A stretch of DNA of 61,269 bases, filler included, from Sphacelaria rigidula (lineage: Eukaryota): the NCBI GenBank assembly GCA_964200075.2. It is 8 parts of 8 records of this genome, joined end to end, with 100 filler letters (N's around TTAATTAATTAA, not from the genome) between each part and the next. Parts side by side here need not be neighbours in the genome. Positions count along the whole stretch, not along the records: positions 7,673 to 15,244 come from CAXNAA020014288.1; positions 15,345 to 22,916 come from CAXNAA020014289.1; 6 more parts are not named here. One strand, given 5' to 3'. This document shows, one piece after another, positions 10,602 through 23,016 of the stretch. Both the position numbers and the translations under genes were made by a program. The notes beneath the pieces were generated by a model. The model did not search any database. It had not been told where the DNA came from and saw nothing but the letters and a program-made list of their open reading frames with translations. Every line of letters begins with the position of its first letter. The stretch's first letter is position 1.

Positions 10602-12499
10602 TAAGGGCAGGTCGAGTAGAGTGTTTGAGGTCGTACTCAAACTACCCAAACATTGAGTAGAGTATTTGAGGTCATACTCAATCTACCTAAAATTTGAGTA
10701 CAGTATTAGAGATCATACTCACATGATACTCTATACTTGAGCCTTACTGAGAGTGCTTACTCAATATTCGAGTACAGTATTGGAGGTCGTGCTCGATATA
10801 CTCAAAATTCGAGCGGAGTATTTGAGGCCATGGTCAATCTACTCATAATTTGATAAGAGTATTTGAAGTTATACTCAATCTAACCAAAATTTGAGCAGAG
10901 TATTTGAGGCCATACCCAATGTACCCGAAAATTGGGTAGAGTATCTGAGGCCGGACCCGATTTACCGAAAACCTTGAGTATGACTGTAACTTTAGTATTC
11001 AAGTTCGTACGCAAGATACTAAAACTGGGGTAGAGTAAATACCGACGTATTCCCAGAGTTGCCCACCCATGATTAGTGCTGATTCCTGATAAAACTTGAG
11101 CAAACATTCGGATGCAGTATATTCGATAAATCATTTTGGATCAAAACCAAATGGTACAAAACTATAGGGTAGAATGGATATTGGGGTATTGTCAAAGGAC
11201 GTTCGGATTGTACCGTGTACACTGGCAGGGGTACTGGAAAGCGTACGAAATCACATCGAAGTATTGGTAGTCGAAGTCGTGTGTGTAGTCCATAGCCGGG
11301 GATCCGGACATATCACTGGGTGTGTGACGCGTTTCACCCGCCTGCAAGTAGGGGAAAGGGGAAACAGCTGATAACGAAAGGGTCATGAGGCACATGATGA
11401 CAGCACCACGGAACAAAATTCAGAATTCACCATCTGTCGAGCACAAACACAAAAGTACCCAATCCAAATGACCGGTACAAGTGCAACTACACTCCTGATT
11501 TGAGCCAGACGCTGAACGAGACATTTTTTTTTTTTTTTTGCACAAAAACGTTTTACGAGATTGGATTGCATCTATCTCTACGCAGCTCGGCTGGTGTCAC
11601 GCCCCTCACCCTCATGCCGTACCACTACCGTTCCACTTCCTAGGTATCAAGTATATACTGCCATGGGCAGTGGGTGGGGGCAGGTGAGCTGGGGCAGGTA
11701 GTTTCATTCATCTGCACGTTTCGTTTGTTTTTTCATGGCCACCATTCAGCCATGCTCATTGTAGCCCGCGACGTAACGCCACTCATCTCGTTGATAGTCA
11801 TCGTTCGCCCATGTATTCAACATACAGTAGTCTGTAAAGTGGCGTCACGAAGTTGCCGACGGTCAGGCTTATTCATCATACCCAAGTGATACTCTACACT
11901 CGAGTCTTACTGAGAGTGCTTACTCAATATTTGAGTACAGCAATGGCGGTCGTACTCAACCTACTAAAAATTAAGAAAAGTGTTTAAGCCGGTCGACCCG
12001 GTGGCTCAGTTGGTAACTTCGAAAGCTTCTGACGGTTGGGTCGTGGGTTCAATTCTTGGAGCCATCTGGAATTTTTTCTCACACTATACCCAACAGTGGT
12101 CAGCGACTATGTCGTAGGTACAAAAAATTCGACTTAACGGTCGACGAGGGAAAGGGACTGCTAAACCCCCCTCGCGATAAAAAATAAAGGCAAGCACCGC
12201 AGAGGAAAGGTGGGGTACCAAAAACAAAGAAAAAAGAAAAAAGAAAAAACTCCTATGTTGACCTTCCTCTTGTGTGACCACGGCTGGTGCGCCCACATAT
12301 ACCGAAAGGTGTAGACCGGCGCCCAGAATAGATGGGACGACAACACACACACACCGTAGTTGGAGTTGTATCCGACCTACTGAAAGTTAGAGTAGAGTAT
12401 TTGAGACGGTACTCGACCTACTCAAGATTTGAGTAGAGTAAATACTCGGGTATTTTACTCGAATACTCAAAAGTACATACTCTACTCGGCCTGCCCTTG
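10602..12499 (+). mobile_element. Non-autonomous hAT-type element (family C) with 41-bp subterminal tandem repeats and nested insertions
   Basis: TIRs AAGGGCAGGTCGAGTAGAGT and ACTCTACTCGGCCTGCCCTTG. Flanks GAATCGTT / GAATCTTT. About nine ~41-bp units of the type GAGTAGAGTATTTGAGGTCATACTCAATCTACCTAAAATTT at 10613-10980. An inverted relative lies at 42949-43930. Confidence 0.8.
11991..12354 (+). mobile_element. tRNA-derived SINE (family 1), apparently full length
   Basis: Pol III A-box TGGCTCAGTTGG (12002-12013), B-box-like GGTTCAATTCT (12046-12056), a unique body and a (CA)n tail. Copies occur in three other contigs. Confidence 0.85.
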
Positions 12500-13491
12500 G
12501 AATCTTTAGATGCGCTGACAAAAGTACAACCCTAAACACCAAAAACGCTCTAGATGTCGCCGAACCGACGTGTCTCTTGAAGGCTATGTTGAGACGCAAG
12601 GCCGCGCCCTTACAATGTTGTTGAAGAGCTGTACCTCCGCTATCCCGAAACTCTCATGCCCGGTGCTATGCTTCATGAACCTCATGCCGACGCCTCATGA
12701 GATATTTGTGTATTAATTATTCCGAACGGTTTGCGAACGCAATTAAAAAATATCCTACTCTGTGTGGACGGCAAGTTCCTCGGATATCGTACCGCGGTGC
12801 CGTACATACATAACCCATACTCTCCACAGTCCGCAACTCATCGCGCACATCAGTGATTGAAATCAGGTCTCTTTCACAGCATACCGACTGTCACTGAATC
12901 AGCCTACGGATTCTCAGGGTAAGGCATGGGCCGTTGCCGTTATGCTCCTCTGCCTAATTGACGGATGTCGTCCAAAATGCTCGCGTTATTTGTGTCTTAA
13001 TTGGGGGCTTGTGGGGTGATCATGTAGATACGAAAAACTTCGGAAATGCCCAACTGCCCCTCTTCTGTATCAATGAGGTTCAACGTACTAGACATGAATC
13101 TTGTTCGACCCATTCCGGCGAAAGCAATTGACATCATTCAATTCCGTTGGTTTGTCGCACATTTACTCATCCGTATGAATCCAGCCCCCGATAGTCACGA
13201 CATCGACTTGTACACGAGGCTGAAATAACGAAAGACAGACGCTGACTGAAGGGATTTCGACAGGGGAAGAAAAAAGTGAGACTGCTCTTGAAGAAAGTAG
13301 ACACTGAAATGAACTACAGACAGGGAAACGAGACAGAGTTTTCCCAGGCCAGGTAGGGAGGAAATGATACTCTCACGCGGTGGTTTCGCGTGGCCTTCGC
13401 CCCGTTCCCTCTCCCCTCTTCCGCCCGGCACTGCTCCATCTGCCTTCTCCCATTCACAATCACCTTCCGTGTTTTGTCTGAATTCCACCAG

Positions 13492-13686
13492 ATTCTTCTT
13501 CGCTGAGGGAAATCCGGATACGGGATTTTCAGTGGTGTCTCCCAACTGCATCGACGGCCTGTCCCACACGCACGAATTCGGTCACAACCTGGGATGCCGG
13601 CACAACAGGGAAAGCACGGCGTCTATAACGGAGTACTCTCACGGCACCCGCTACTGCGACGATGACAACATTCCGGAGGAAGATAG
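13492..13686 (+). CDS. Internal exon of a metzincin (M12B/reprolysin-like) zinc metallopeptidase
   Basis: Polypyrimidine tract and CAG acceptor at 13489-13491. Reads FFFAEGNPDTGFSVVSPNCIDGLSHTHEFGHNLGCRHNRE...YSHGTRYC, containing the canonical HExxHxxGxxH zinc motif. Probable donor AG|GTTCGG at 13686/13687. Confidence 0.85.
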
Positions 13687-14425
13687 GTTCGGAGGTGGTA
13701 GCGCGTGTCATTGGTTGATGAGTTGATTGAGTACTCGATTATATGCTCGCACGTTAGCTGATTCCAACGATCGAGCCCGTGGTCAGGAGCAGCAAAAATA
13801 GAGCAGAATAAGAAGAAAAGAAGGAAAGGAACAGAAAAAGACAGGAGCAACAACCACAGAAAAGGAGAGAACAAAGAAAGAAGCGGCAACAACAACAACA
13901 CACAAACCAGAAGTGCAGGGTTTGGGGAGGTGAAATCTTCATGTAAATCGAAATGGTAAAAGCTGAGCAAGCAGGGGGTTCCCACGCCTGGGTTCGTTCT
14001 CGCCAATTACGCCAATATGAGGCGCTTCATGCAGCCTGAACCCAAGCATCAGCCGCTGTATGGCTATTTTTTTCGTGACACGTTTGGGCTGATTTTGGGG
14101 GGGGGGCTATCGTAGAAAGTGTCAAACACAAGCACAAACACAAACACGAACAACACAAGGAGGTGATTATCTCGCATTGCGTAGCTGGTCTTCACCCTCG
14201 AGCTCGTGATCAGGAGAACAGGAACAAAAATTGGGGGAAAATGAAAGAAATGAAGAAGTAGGAGAAAAAAACGTGAATAAAGGAATACGAGAGACAAAAA
14301 GACAGAGTCAGTCTCGTTTTCGGGGGTGGAGGGGTGTGGGTGCCCGGACAAAACAAAAACACAGACAATAAATAACCAGGAACAAGAGATGAACAATTCA
14401 GAGATATCGTGTGTCGGCAACATTG

Positions 14426-14656
14426 CAAGGGTCGGACGAATGAATGATTCGTCTGGAAATTACTTGATTTTAGCGTAATTGATTCATGCCGTATGAATCA
14501 ATCCTTAGGCTTCGTTTTCAGCGTTGCAACCCAGGCACGCGCAACCCAGGCACGTGGAATGGCGCAATAATTGCGTGTAGACCTTTTTGACCCTTTCGAG
14601 GAATCAGGCTTGAAAAATCGTGGAATTCGAACCGGCAATGATTCGTCCGAACCGTG
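14426..14656 (+). mobile_element. hAT-type MITE (family B)
   Basis: CAAGGGTCGGACGAAT...GATTCGTCCGAACCGTG with 8-bp TSD CAACATTG / TAACATTG. Confidence 0.85.
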
Positions 14657-15124
14657 TAACATTGCGAGAGTCGTTCGCGTTGCTGCAGCATCTTCACTCT
14701 TGCTACTCTGTGTGTAAAGTAAGGCGCTGCTCTCGCTCAAAACTTGAATAATCTCTACAACTACTACGTGTATGTTTGCACCATGGGCTTCTCGCCCAAC
14801 CCACGCACCATTGAAGTGTATCGCGACTTCCATCAACTCTTCTTCCCCCCACGAATGAGCAATGTGTCGTAAACCGGGGTTCCTTTCGCTGCTTCCTCGC
14901 CTGCCTGTGAAAACGTTTTATCCCGCGAAGAGATGTGTCTAGGGGCAAGGGGGGGGGAAGAGGGGGGGGTGGCATTCGTGTGACCGACGTGATCTGAGCA
15001 CAATAAAGATTGCACACGCCGGACAGCTCATGAACTGCCTAGAAGATCTAGTCGAAGAGAACCCTTAGATTCGTTGTGCAAGCACACAGAACACGTAATA
15101 GCGGGGTTCGAAAAGATATAAACC

Positions 15125-15244
15125 CACGGTTAGACAAATCGTCACGACTCCGAATCACCAAATTCACGATTTCTTCCGCCTGATTGCCCAAAAGGGAGAA
15201 AAAAAAGTTGATCGCTGGTCCAAAGGGTATCCACGCAACGTTTG
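15125..15244 (-). mobile_element. hAT-type MITE (family B), truncated by contig end
   Basis: Reverse complement of the 3' half of 9855-10114, running into the spacer. Confidence 0.8.
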
Positions 15245-15344
15245 NNNNNNNNNNNNNNNNNNNNNNNNNNNNNNNNNNNNNNNNNNNNTTAATTAATTAA
15301 NNNNNNNNNNNNNNNNNNNNNNNNNNNNNNNNNNNNNNNNNNNN
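15245..15344. other. Artificial contig spacer
   Basis: N44-TTAATTAATTAA-N44. Confidence 0.99.
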
Positions 15345-16485
15345 ATAGGATGACTCCAAGATGGGGGGGGGGGGGGCTCGTGCATCACTTGTCAATTTAT
15401 CAAAACCACAACAAGTAGTCGTAAGCCGGGACCTATAAAAATTTCAAAGGGTAAAATTTCGTAGATTGGGAGGAGGTACGAACTCAACTCGCACTGAGAC
15501 GACGGGTGGTGTGTTATTGTTGCTGTTGTTGTTGTCGTCTTCACATTGAAAAATCGTTCCGATATCTGTGCAGTAGGCACTCTGTACTGGACACCTGATG
15601 GGGACGACTTCTGTGGTCACAGGCTAACTACCACCACCCCGAGCTAGGTGGGGTAAAAGAAAATCAAAATCAAACAATAAATCGGACCGAGAGACAATTC
15701 ACACAGACGCGATATACGGGATGAAAAAAACACGTAGTCTGCTCGGACTAGGCGGAGGACGTGTGGGACGTAGCTCTTCACTCTGTGCCTTTTCCGAACA
15801 GGTGTGATAGTCGTCGATGAGGGTGTCTGGGGGTGTTCTCGAGTTCAACCCTAGCGTGGTGGCCATGCTAAGCTCCTTGTGCCACGTGTCATTTCTAGTC
15901 TTGTCTGTCATCATCTTCTCTGTTCCTTTCTTTTGGTGTATTTCTTCTTTAGCAGGTCAGACGGTGTCGGGGCGGGTTTTTACGTTTGAACTCGGCTGAG
16001 CTCGAGTACTTCTCACGTGTTTTCGTCGCGTTTCTCTCCTCATCTTAGTTTTTTCGTTCTTTGTCTCGTAAGGAATAGCAGGGACACTTTTGGAAAGACA
16101 AGCCCACGTTTGTGACTACGGGTCCGCGAGATCGGTTCAATGTGGGGAAATAATAATACTAATTTGTAGTTTCGAACTGACTCTTCACAAAGCCAGATAT
16201 ATATGGTTTCTGTAGTAGCTGGCCACTGAAGCCGTTAATATCCCAGAGTAGGAAATGGACGTGTGGCAAGTACACGCCAGGTTTTCAAGCACAGAAAAGT
16301 ACACATCGTATGGAAAGCTGCTTGAGTTAAGGCGAGTAGTCAAACCCGCTCTCAATCATCGCGTCACTCTCGATCTCACGGAAACATTGCTCTTCTCCAA
16401 CAGAGTGGGGCATCGATTTGGTAGACTGCATCAGTAACACTTGCCTCGGACAACCATAATTTCGCCGAAGAAAACGTTAATTGAC

Positions 16486-16776
16486 GCAGTGTCCTCTCGA
16501 GATAGTAGAAGGTACAATTGAGAGTAAAAAGCGGTCAACAAGTGAGGGAATCACTTCAGTTCCGAAATGCCTCTTCATGAGGCCCGATGTGCCTTGTGTG
16601 ATAGCTCGCCGCTGAGGCCCTTGATGTTCATGAGTAGGATGTCGAAATGTAGCTGTAAGCACACTCCAGTGATGGAGGCAAAGAGAGTACACGGAATGAA
16701 AAAATTACCAAGTCAAACCGAATGATCAACGCCACTCTCAGTCAGCGCGCTACTCAACAGTCTCACGAAAACGTTA
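16486..16776 (-). mobile_element. MITE family A, second copy
   Basis: Reverse-complement similarity along its length to 4922-5219, ending in TCTCACGAAAACGTTA. The left end is degenerate. Confidence 0.7.
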
Positions 16777-19005
16777 TTTGTGAATCGTCTCTTTTCCATA
16801 AGTGGTTCCAAAAGGGTTAATGGAAACACCAAAAAAAAGCAGGAAATCAAACAAGCGTCTAAGGGCAGTATCTTGATTGATCGCCGAGGGGGTCTGTGGT
16901 TGTGGCGACAAGAAAAAACATGTTTCATTTCGACGCTCGTTTTGATTCACTCATTTCTCTTAGTCTCAAGTAGACACGGTCTTACAGTTCACCACCATTC
17001 GTGTTCAGTAGCACATGAGGAGAACGAAAATGATGGGTTGTATGTTACACGATCAGGAGAAAAATACATTACACGACACACTTGCGCTCCACTACAAGTT
17101 CACCATGCACCTCCCCGAAGCAAGCGGCGCCCGGATCACACGAAAACGAAGTCATGAAGAGAAGTGACCGACGTGCTTGCCTGTCGGAATATGTGATGAG
17201 CAACCAACAAAGCACGATTTCATCATCGTTGAGTAAAACGTAAGGCGTATACACCCAGAACAGCACAAAACCACACGGACTCATCATACACACACCACTG
17301 CTCCATACTGCTACAAAATAGTGAGTATGGTGGACAACTATTGCTGCAGAGCACCCACCCAGGAACCATCACAGACAACCTCGGAATTATGAAACGGACA
17401 CACAGTGTATTCATGGCATTGGCTCAATTTGAGGCGCTGACCTCCCTTCGGCTTTCAGGCCATAACAATACTAATGCACGCAATGTAACAATGATCTGAG
17501 AAATATAGCTCTGGATAATCAAGGCGCCGAACACGACGGGAAAGCTCGACTACAGGAGGTAATATCTCAGAGCGGGTCATTTTACGGCACTACTCCACGT
17601 CTCCTCATACTTGAGGGGCCTCGAGGCGTGGAGAGGAATTTCTTTTCGATATGCAAATTTACATTTTAGATGTAATTTTCGAGTTATCAAGGCACCACTC
17701 GAAATCTTCTTTCGGGCACTGCTGCAAATAGCGCAGTTCACAAGACCCCGGGTTTCGTTGGAATGGGAAGGGGAAGGTTAAAGCGGGCTTTCCGATCACA
17801 TGCACGTGACACCGTTTGAAAATAAAAAAAGAAATCCAATAATTCACAACGGTACCCCTACGACACCCGCACCCAGCGTAAACCCCTCAATATACCCACA
17901 TTCACGTAAAACCTTACAAAAGTTCCGGCCCGCTCGAACCTCGTGCCACAAGGGCATCGAAGGTGTCATGACATTCTTGCAGTCAATACCCGAGGTAAAA
18001 ATACCGCCGTCTGCATAGAAGGACAAAGGAAAAAGCACCCCACACTTGGAAGGGAAGAGGGAGAAGGACACAATCGTATGGAAAACCCTGAGCGCGTTCC
18101 GTTGGTTCGCATTATCGAGGTGCTAGGGACAACCGTGACATTGGCAGGCAGGCCGGCAGAGGGCACGCGCTGACATATTCGCCCTCAGCGCACTCATGCC
18201 GCGGTCATCGAATCATCACTGTTCGTGTCTCCTCAAAACGACACCGGACACTCAAACTACGATAAAGGGAAGATATTGAAGCTATATCACACTTCCAGGA
18301 TCGTGCTCACACCTTTGGACCGGAGGGACACGTACAAATTTTACACTCAACAGCCCAAAGACGTGCACTTCGTCTTGCACGCTACGGTATACAAAAGTTT
18401 CCCATCAAGCCTGCGTTGTGCCCCGCGCACGCCAACATGTCTACCGATGTCACCATTAAAAAAACAGTTTTCTCGCACGCCATCCTGCAGGGTACAGCTA
18501 GCCTCGACGACCAAGGAGACGTACTGCCGAAAAAAATCAAAAACCCATCATCACACCACCCACAGACCCTGCCAACTATTCAAGAGATTAGCAGACCGTC
18601 AAGCCGACAAAAATATTTAGCCGCAGAAAAAGTCTGCCGTACGCCCCTCCTCCGGCCCGTGCCTCTCGACCCCGGTCACTTCAGCCTGGGTCACCTCGGA
18701 AAAAAAAAACTACTTGGAAAACTTGCCGTTCAATTTTCCCGAGTGAACACTTCGTTTTGCTTTTCCGTTCTCAAGAAACGACAGCCATATATTCTCCACT
18801 CGACGGATAAAGCCAGGGCTAGTGCCCCGCTACACAGACACGAGGGTGGAACAAAATAAGGAAAACAACAAGAATAAAATCATTCATACGTAATGTATAC
18901 CCTCCCCTCCCAGACGGCACACGAAACACGAAAAACGCACAGAAAGAAGGTAAGGGGGGCCGAACAATACTACTCACGTAGGCACACGCTGACTTCGTCA
19001 CCACG

Positions 19006-19566
19006 TTATCGCAACGGAGCCTGTCCACGCCCGCTCCTCATCGGCCGGTCCCCGTAATCCGAGTACGTGTCCGAGTACCTGGAAGCCTCCGAATAACGGG
19101 TCTCCGAATATCTCGAAGACGTCCGGTCCTCCTCGCTTTCCTCCACAATCATCTCCAAGTCCGCCGGCCCCGCGTATTCCGAGTGCAATGCGGAAATGTT
19201 GTCATCCGCCATTTCCGGATCGCTCTTCGACTCGTATTCGCTGGACGCTGTACTGCTGCCATGTGCTGCTGCGGCACCTTCCTCTTGTGCGTCCATGACT
19301 GCCGCACCTCCCTGCTCCTGAGATGCTTTGGCTGATTTCGGCAAGGGGTACGGCCTGATCATAGTGGCCGCGCCGTTGTAGAGGGGGTTCTCCGAGTCGT
19401 AGTCCGGGTCGCCGTCCGTAGCCAGAGCCTTGCCGACCACCATCTCCACCTCGACTGTCCTAGGCTTCAGCATGACGCCAGCAGTGTCCATGGATCCATC
19501 GAGCACACCTTCCACGGTGGGGGCCTTGCACAACATGTACAACGTCATCAGGAGGAACAGGGCAGC
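19006..19566 (-). CDS. Terminal exon of an unknown membrane protein with an acidic/Ser-rich tail
   Basis: Minus-strand acceptor ...CCGTATCACTGCAG|GCTGCC. Open frame AALFLLMTLYMLCKAP...GQAPLR*. Joins the 21699-21806 exon in phase 0. Confidence 0.75.
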   Translation of the reverse strand, partial: AALFLLMTLYMLCKAPTVEGVLDGSMDTAGVMLKPRTVEVEMVVGKALATDGDPDYDSENPLYNGAATMIRPYPLPKSAKASQEQGGAAVMDAQEEGAAAAHGSSTASSEYESKSDPEMADDNISALHSEYAGPADLEMIVEESEEDRTSSRYSETRYSEASRYSDTYSDYGDRPMRSGRGQAPLR

Positions 19567-21698
19567 CTGCAGTGATACGGAAAACACACGAGACGCAATA
19601 TGATTGACGGAACATATGCACGTTATCCAAAAAATAGGTACACTACCGACGCCCTCACCACGCTGTGAGCTGGTCATTGTCCAATGTGTGAACATGATCA
19701 TCTCCAGTGTTCCGGCGTCTTTCCGAGTCCCATACGGGAGTTCTTGGAGCAGTGTCAGTACGGGCTGTCCCCATTGTGTGCGCGGTCTTGTCGATCGAGC
19801 ACAGTCTCGAGATTTTCAAATACAAAAAGCGCAAAAGCTGATGCATTCAAACACAGCGCTCCACCCGGGTTTATGCGGTGAATGAACGACAAGTGTGTCC
19901 CTCACCCGCTGGGTTGAACTTCGCCTACGAACTGGACACATATGAGGCTTCGGCCGTTCATGTGCTTTTTTTGTTCTTGTGCGTTTCACATAACTTTTTG
20001 AACGCTCGGAGGTGAGGGTTATGAAATTGCAGGCCGATTTCTGCATATTCCGGTGGAATACGTGCGACTTATGCGCCTTTTCCGCGTCTCTGTTGTGGTG
20101 ATTACTGGCGGCACCCCCCATGGAACGTACATTCCAGCATGAAAAAAAGACAAGTACGACATTCCAAGATTCCACGATCGCTTCGAAGAAAGGCTCGCTC
20201 GCTCTTTCTCCGCTCGTTGATTTTTAAGGTCTGCAGCGGTGCTACTTGTTACTCTCCGCGACTTTCACCATTGTAACTCACATTTCAGCTCTTGCATACA
20301 GGCCGGTTCAGGATTATCGCCCAAAACATAATCATCGGCAAAACCTCACGCCGTTTCAAGGAGTAGACTCTGAAATTTTGCACACATTTTTCCTACAGTA
20401 TTACGCAATTTTCGGAGGTTCAGGTTCTTCGACTTCCTCACCATTCTCGCCGTTTCTTCGGGGGTACCAGTTTCGATCGAATGGGTGCCCGTAAAACGGT
20501 TAAGAAAACAAAACTAACAAGAAGTCGTTCATCCAAAGTTGCGTAATGACCATTATTGATGGCAAAGTTGTGCACATTTTCAGGGTTTAACTCCTCGAAA
20601 CGGCGTGAGGTTCGTCGCTTTCATGCGATGAACTCTGACGTGCCGCGGTAGAATCAATGACTACTTAATTTAGTAACAAAACGACGTTTTCGGGCCTCCT
20701 TTGACGTGAACATGAAAATTCAAGCATCCGTTCATCGAGTTTTGCGACGAATTTCTGTGGGGCCCTTCCTCGGGTTATGCGGCGACAACTCGTTCACGAA
20801 AAGGTGATTTAAATATCGTAGTGCTGATTTTCCGGGGTCCCAGGATGGAGACTACTTCGAAAAACAACTTGGATCCCGTCAGACCCCCGAAAAACGGTGA
20901 AATACTGAGTGAAAACAAATCGTCCACAGAAAGTTGTGTAATGGAAAATGGCATATTTGTACAATTTTTCAGGGTCTGACTCCCACCAACATCGAGAAGG
21001 TTTGCACGTTTGTGGATAACGGGCTTGAAATATGCAACTCCTAACTACTTGGTTCTAGTATTAGAACGTCTTCTGGGGTGAATTTTAGGTCAAGGCAAGA
21101 AAAACCGTATGAGGTTTTCGTATTTCTCCACCGAACTTTGCACATGTTCCTTGCACAACGCCGGTCGACTAACCTCCGTCATGGCGGGAGCCGCCGTCTG
21201 ATGTGAAAAAGATACATTTTTTCGTTTTTTGTTCATCCCAAACCTTCTCGACATGAAATGCCTCTTTTAATGCGCGAAAAGTAAGAATCTGTGAGGCTCC
21301 ACTGTTCGAAAAAACATCGGGATCAACACTGAGGCTCAGTGGTTCTTGTGATATCGTAACAGTGACCACCAGAATAGAAGGGCTGACAGCAAAATTTTGG
21401 GTGATTTGGGTTCCATGTCGACGGTACCCAATATATATAAATATATCGGTAGAGATAGGCATCATCTCGATCAAAGGGTGTAACAATATAGGACAGGTGA
21501 AGTACTCCGTCGTTTTAACTCGATCATACACAAGCCACCAGGTTTAGCAGTACAGTATGTCGCATCCATATAGTCGACAATAATATAAACTTCAAAACAA
21601 GATTTCTCCTTACGCCGCTTCGATATGTCCGAAGATTTCAAGAGCTGAGCTCTTTCCACAAGACACAACATAAACATAAGTTATTATCCAGCACTAAC

Positions 21699-21806
21699 CT
21701 GCACCATGGCGACCAACATTGCCCATTCGGGTCCGGAGAAAGTCCACGGCCGAACCTCACACAAATCCTGGTCCGTTGTCTCAGCCCAGCACTCATCGAA
21801 CAATGT
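21699..21806 (-). CDS. Penultimate exon of the same membrane protein
   Basis: GCAG acceptor and CAG|GTTAGT donor around 108 nt (36 codons): TLFDECWAETTDQDLCEVRPWTFSGPEWAMLVAMVQ. Splicing gives one continuous hydrophobic helix, WAMLVAMVQAALFLLMTLYML. Confidence 0.7.
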
Positions 21807-22033
21807 CTGCATTATCGAACGATACAAAGAGGTTTGGTATAATTATGTTCGCACTTGGCGTGAAAACGTCTGGAGTCTTGACAGAAATTACCGACATCGG
21901 ACGTAGTTCCTGGACTGGAAGTAGTGGTATAAGGTTGCCTTCATTGTCTTAGCCGGAAACCCCAGCTGGCAGAACCGGGGCACGAGGTCCCACGCATGTT
22001 GTTGCTTCATGTTTGCCGTCGTCTGTGGTCCTT

Positions 22034-22140
22034 GATTGACTGACTGAATGATGATCGATTGTCGTAAATCTTTAGTTGACCTCCCAGGGATCCCGCCTTG
22101 GTTACACGACAGACACACCCGAAACAAGACAAAACTTGAC
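22034..22140 (-). mobile_element. 3' end of a retroposon with a degenerate (CAAT)n tail
   Basis: Reverse complement resembles 57420-57508 (GACCACGGCTGGATCTCTGGGGGGTCAGTTAAAG...CAATCAATC). Confidence 0.6.
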
Positions 22141-22793
22141 CAAGCGTCATTCGGGAGGGGAATAACGCCTGGCCGCTCCATGGGCGAGTGAGTCTGACTG
22201 CAGGCCAGAACACCAGTCCAGGCAGGTTTCAGCCACCACGCTCACACTGAACGCCGTCGATACAATCGGTTACAGGGAATCATTGAAACCGCAAGACATA
22301 ATCCGGGTACCGGAGCACAGATTCACCGCGACAAGGCCGTGTCTTGTCGAGACAAAAAAACAAGCACGAGTAGTAACAAGCATCTAAAGCAGCACGCTGA
22401 TCGACTGTTGGTCGGGTCTACGGTCTACGGTTGCGGCGTCTAATGAACATGCGGCTTTTGGACGATTGTTCCTCTTCGTACTTTTTTCTCTCGCCTCCAA
22501 AGGAGAGGCCCAACGCGCGTTTGAGTGTATGTAATACATTCTACATTGCTTCGAGATGCATCAGAGATGACCTAAGGTGTGGCTGTGACAGGGAGATTCA
22601 GAGGTGTAGACCCGCTGCACTGCCCTGTGCATGATGGCGCAGTATGTTCAACCAGCCACTGGAAAATCTCTTCAGTACCTCGCAGGTTGGATGTTGCCTG
22701 TATGAGTACACCAGTTCATCGCTTGGACGGTAAACTTTCGACTTTGTGCAAGGTTTCGTTCCCGCAGTCTCACGATGTTTCTGAGAAATATTT

Positions 22794-22916
22794 CACGGTA
22801 AGGACAAATCAGCACGACTCAAGATCACCAAATTCACGATTTCTTCGGCCCGATTGCCCAAAAGGGAGGAAAAAGTCGATCGCTGGTCCAAGGGGTATCC
22901 ACGCAACTTTTGCGCT
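22794..22916 (-). mobile_element. hAT-type MITE (family B), truncated by contig end
   Basis: Same family sequence as 15125-15244, running into the spacer. Confidence 0.8.
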
Positions 22917-23016
22917 NNNNNNNNNNNNNNNNNNNNNNNNNNNNNNNNNNNNNNNNNNNNTTAATTAATTAANNNNNNNNNNNNNNNNNNNNNNNNNNNN
23001 NNNNNNNNNNNNNNNN
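22917..23016. other. Artificial contig spacer
   Basis: N44-TTAATTAATTAA-N44. Confidence 0.99.

Noticed and set aside
10613..10980. CRISPR-like array
   Set aside because: Units are contiguous, degenerate 41-bp tandem repeats without unique spacers, inside a TIR/TSD-bounded element, and no cas genes are present.
11991..12070. tRNA gene
   Set aside because: A and B boxes are present, but there is no consistent acceptor or anticodon stem, and the sequence continues into a repeated SINE body.
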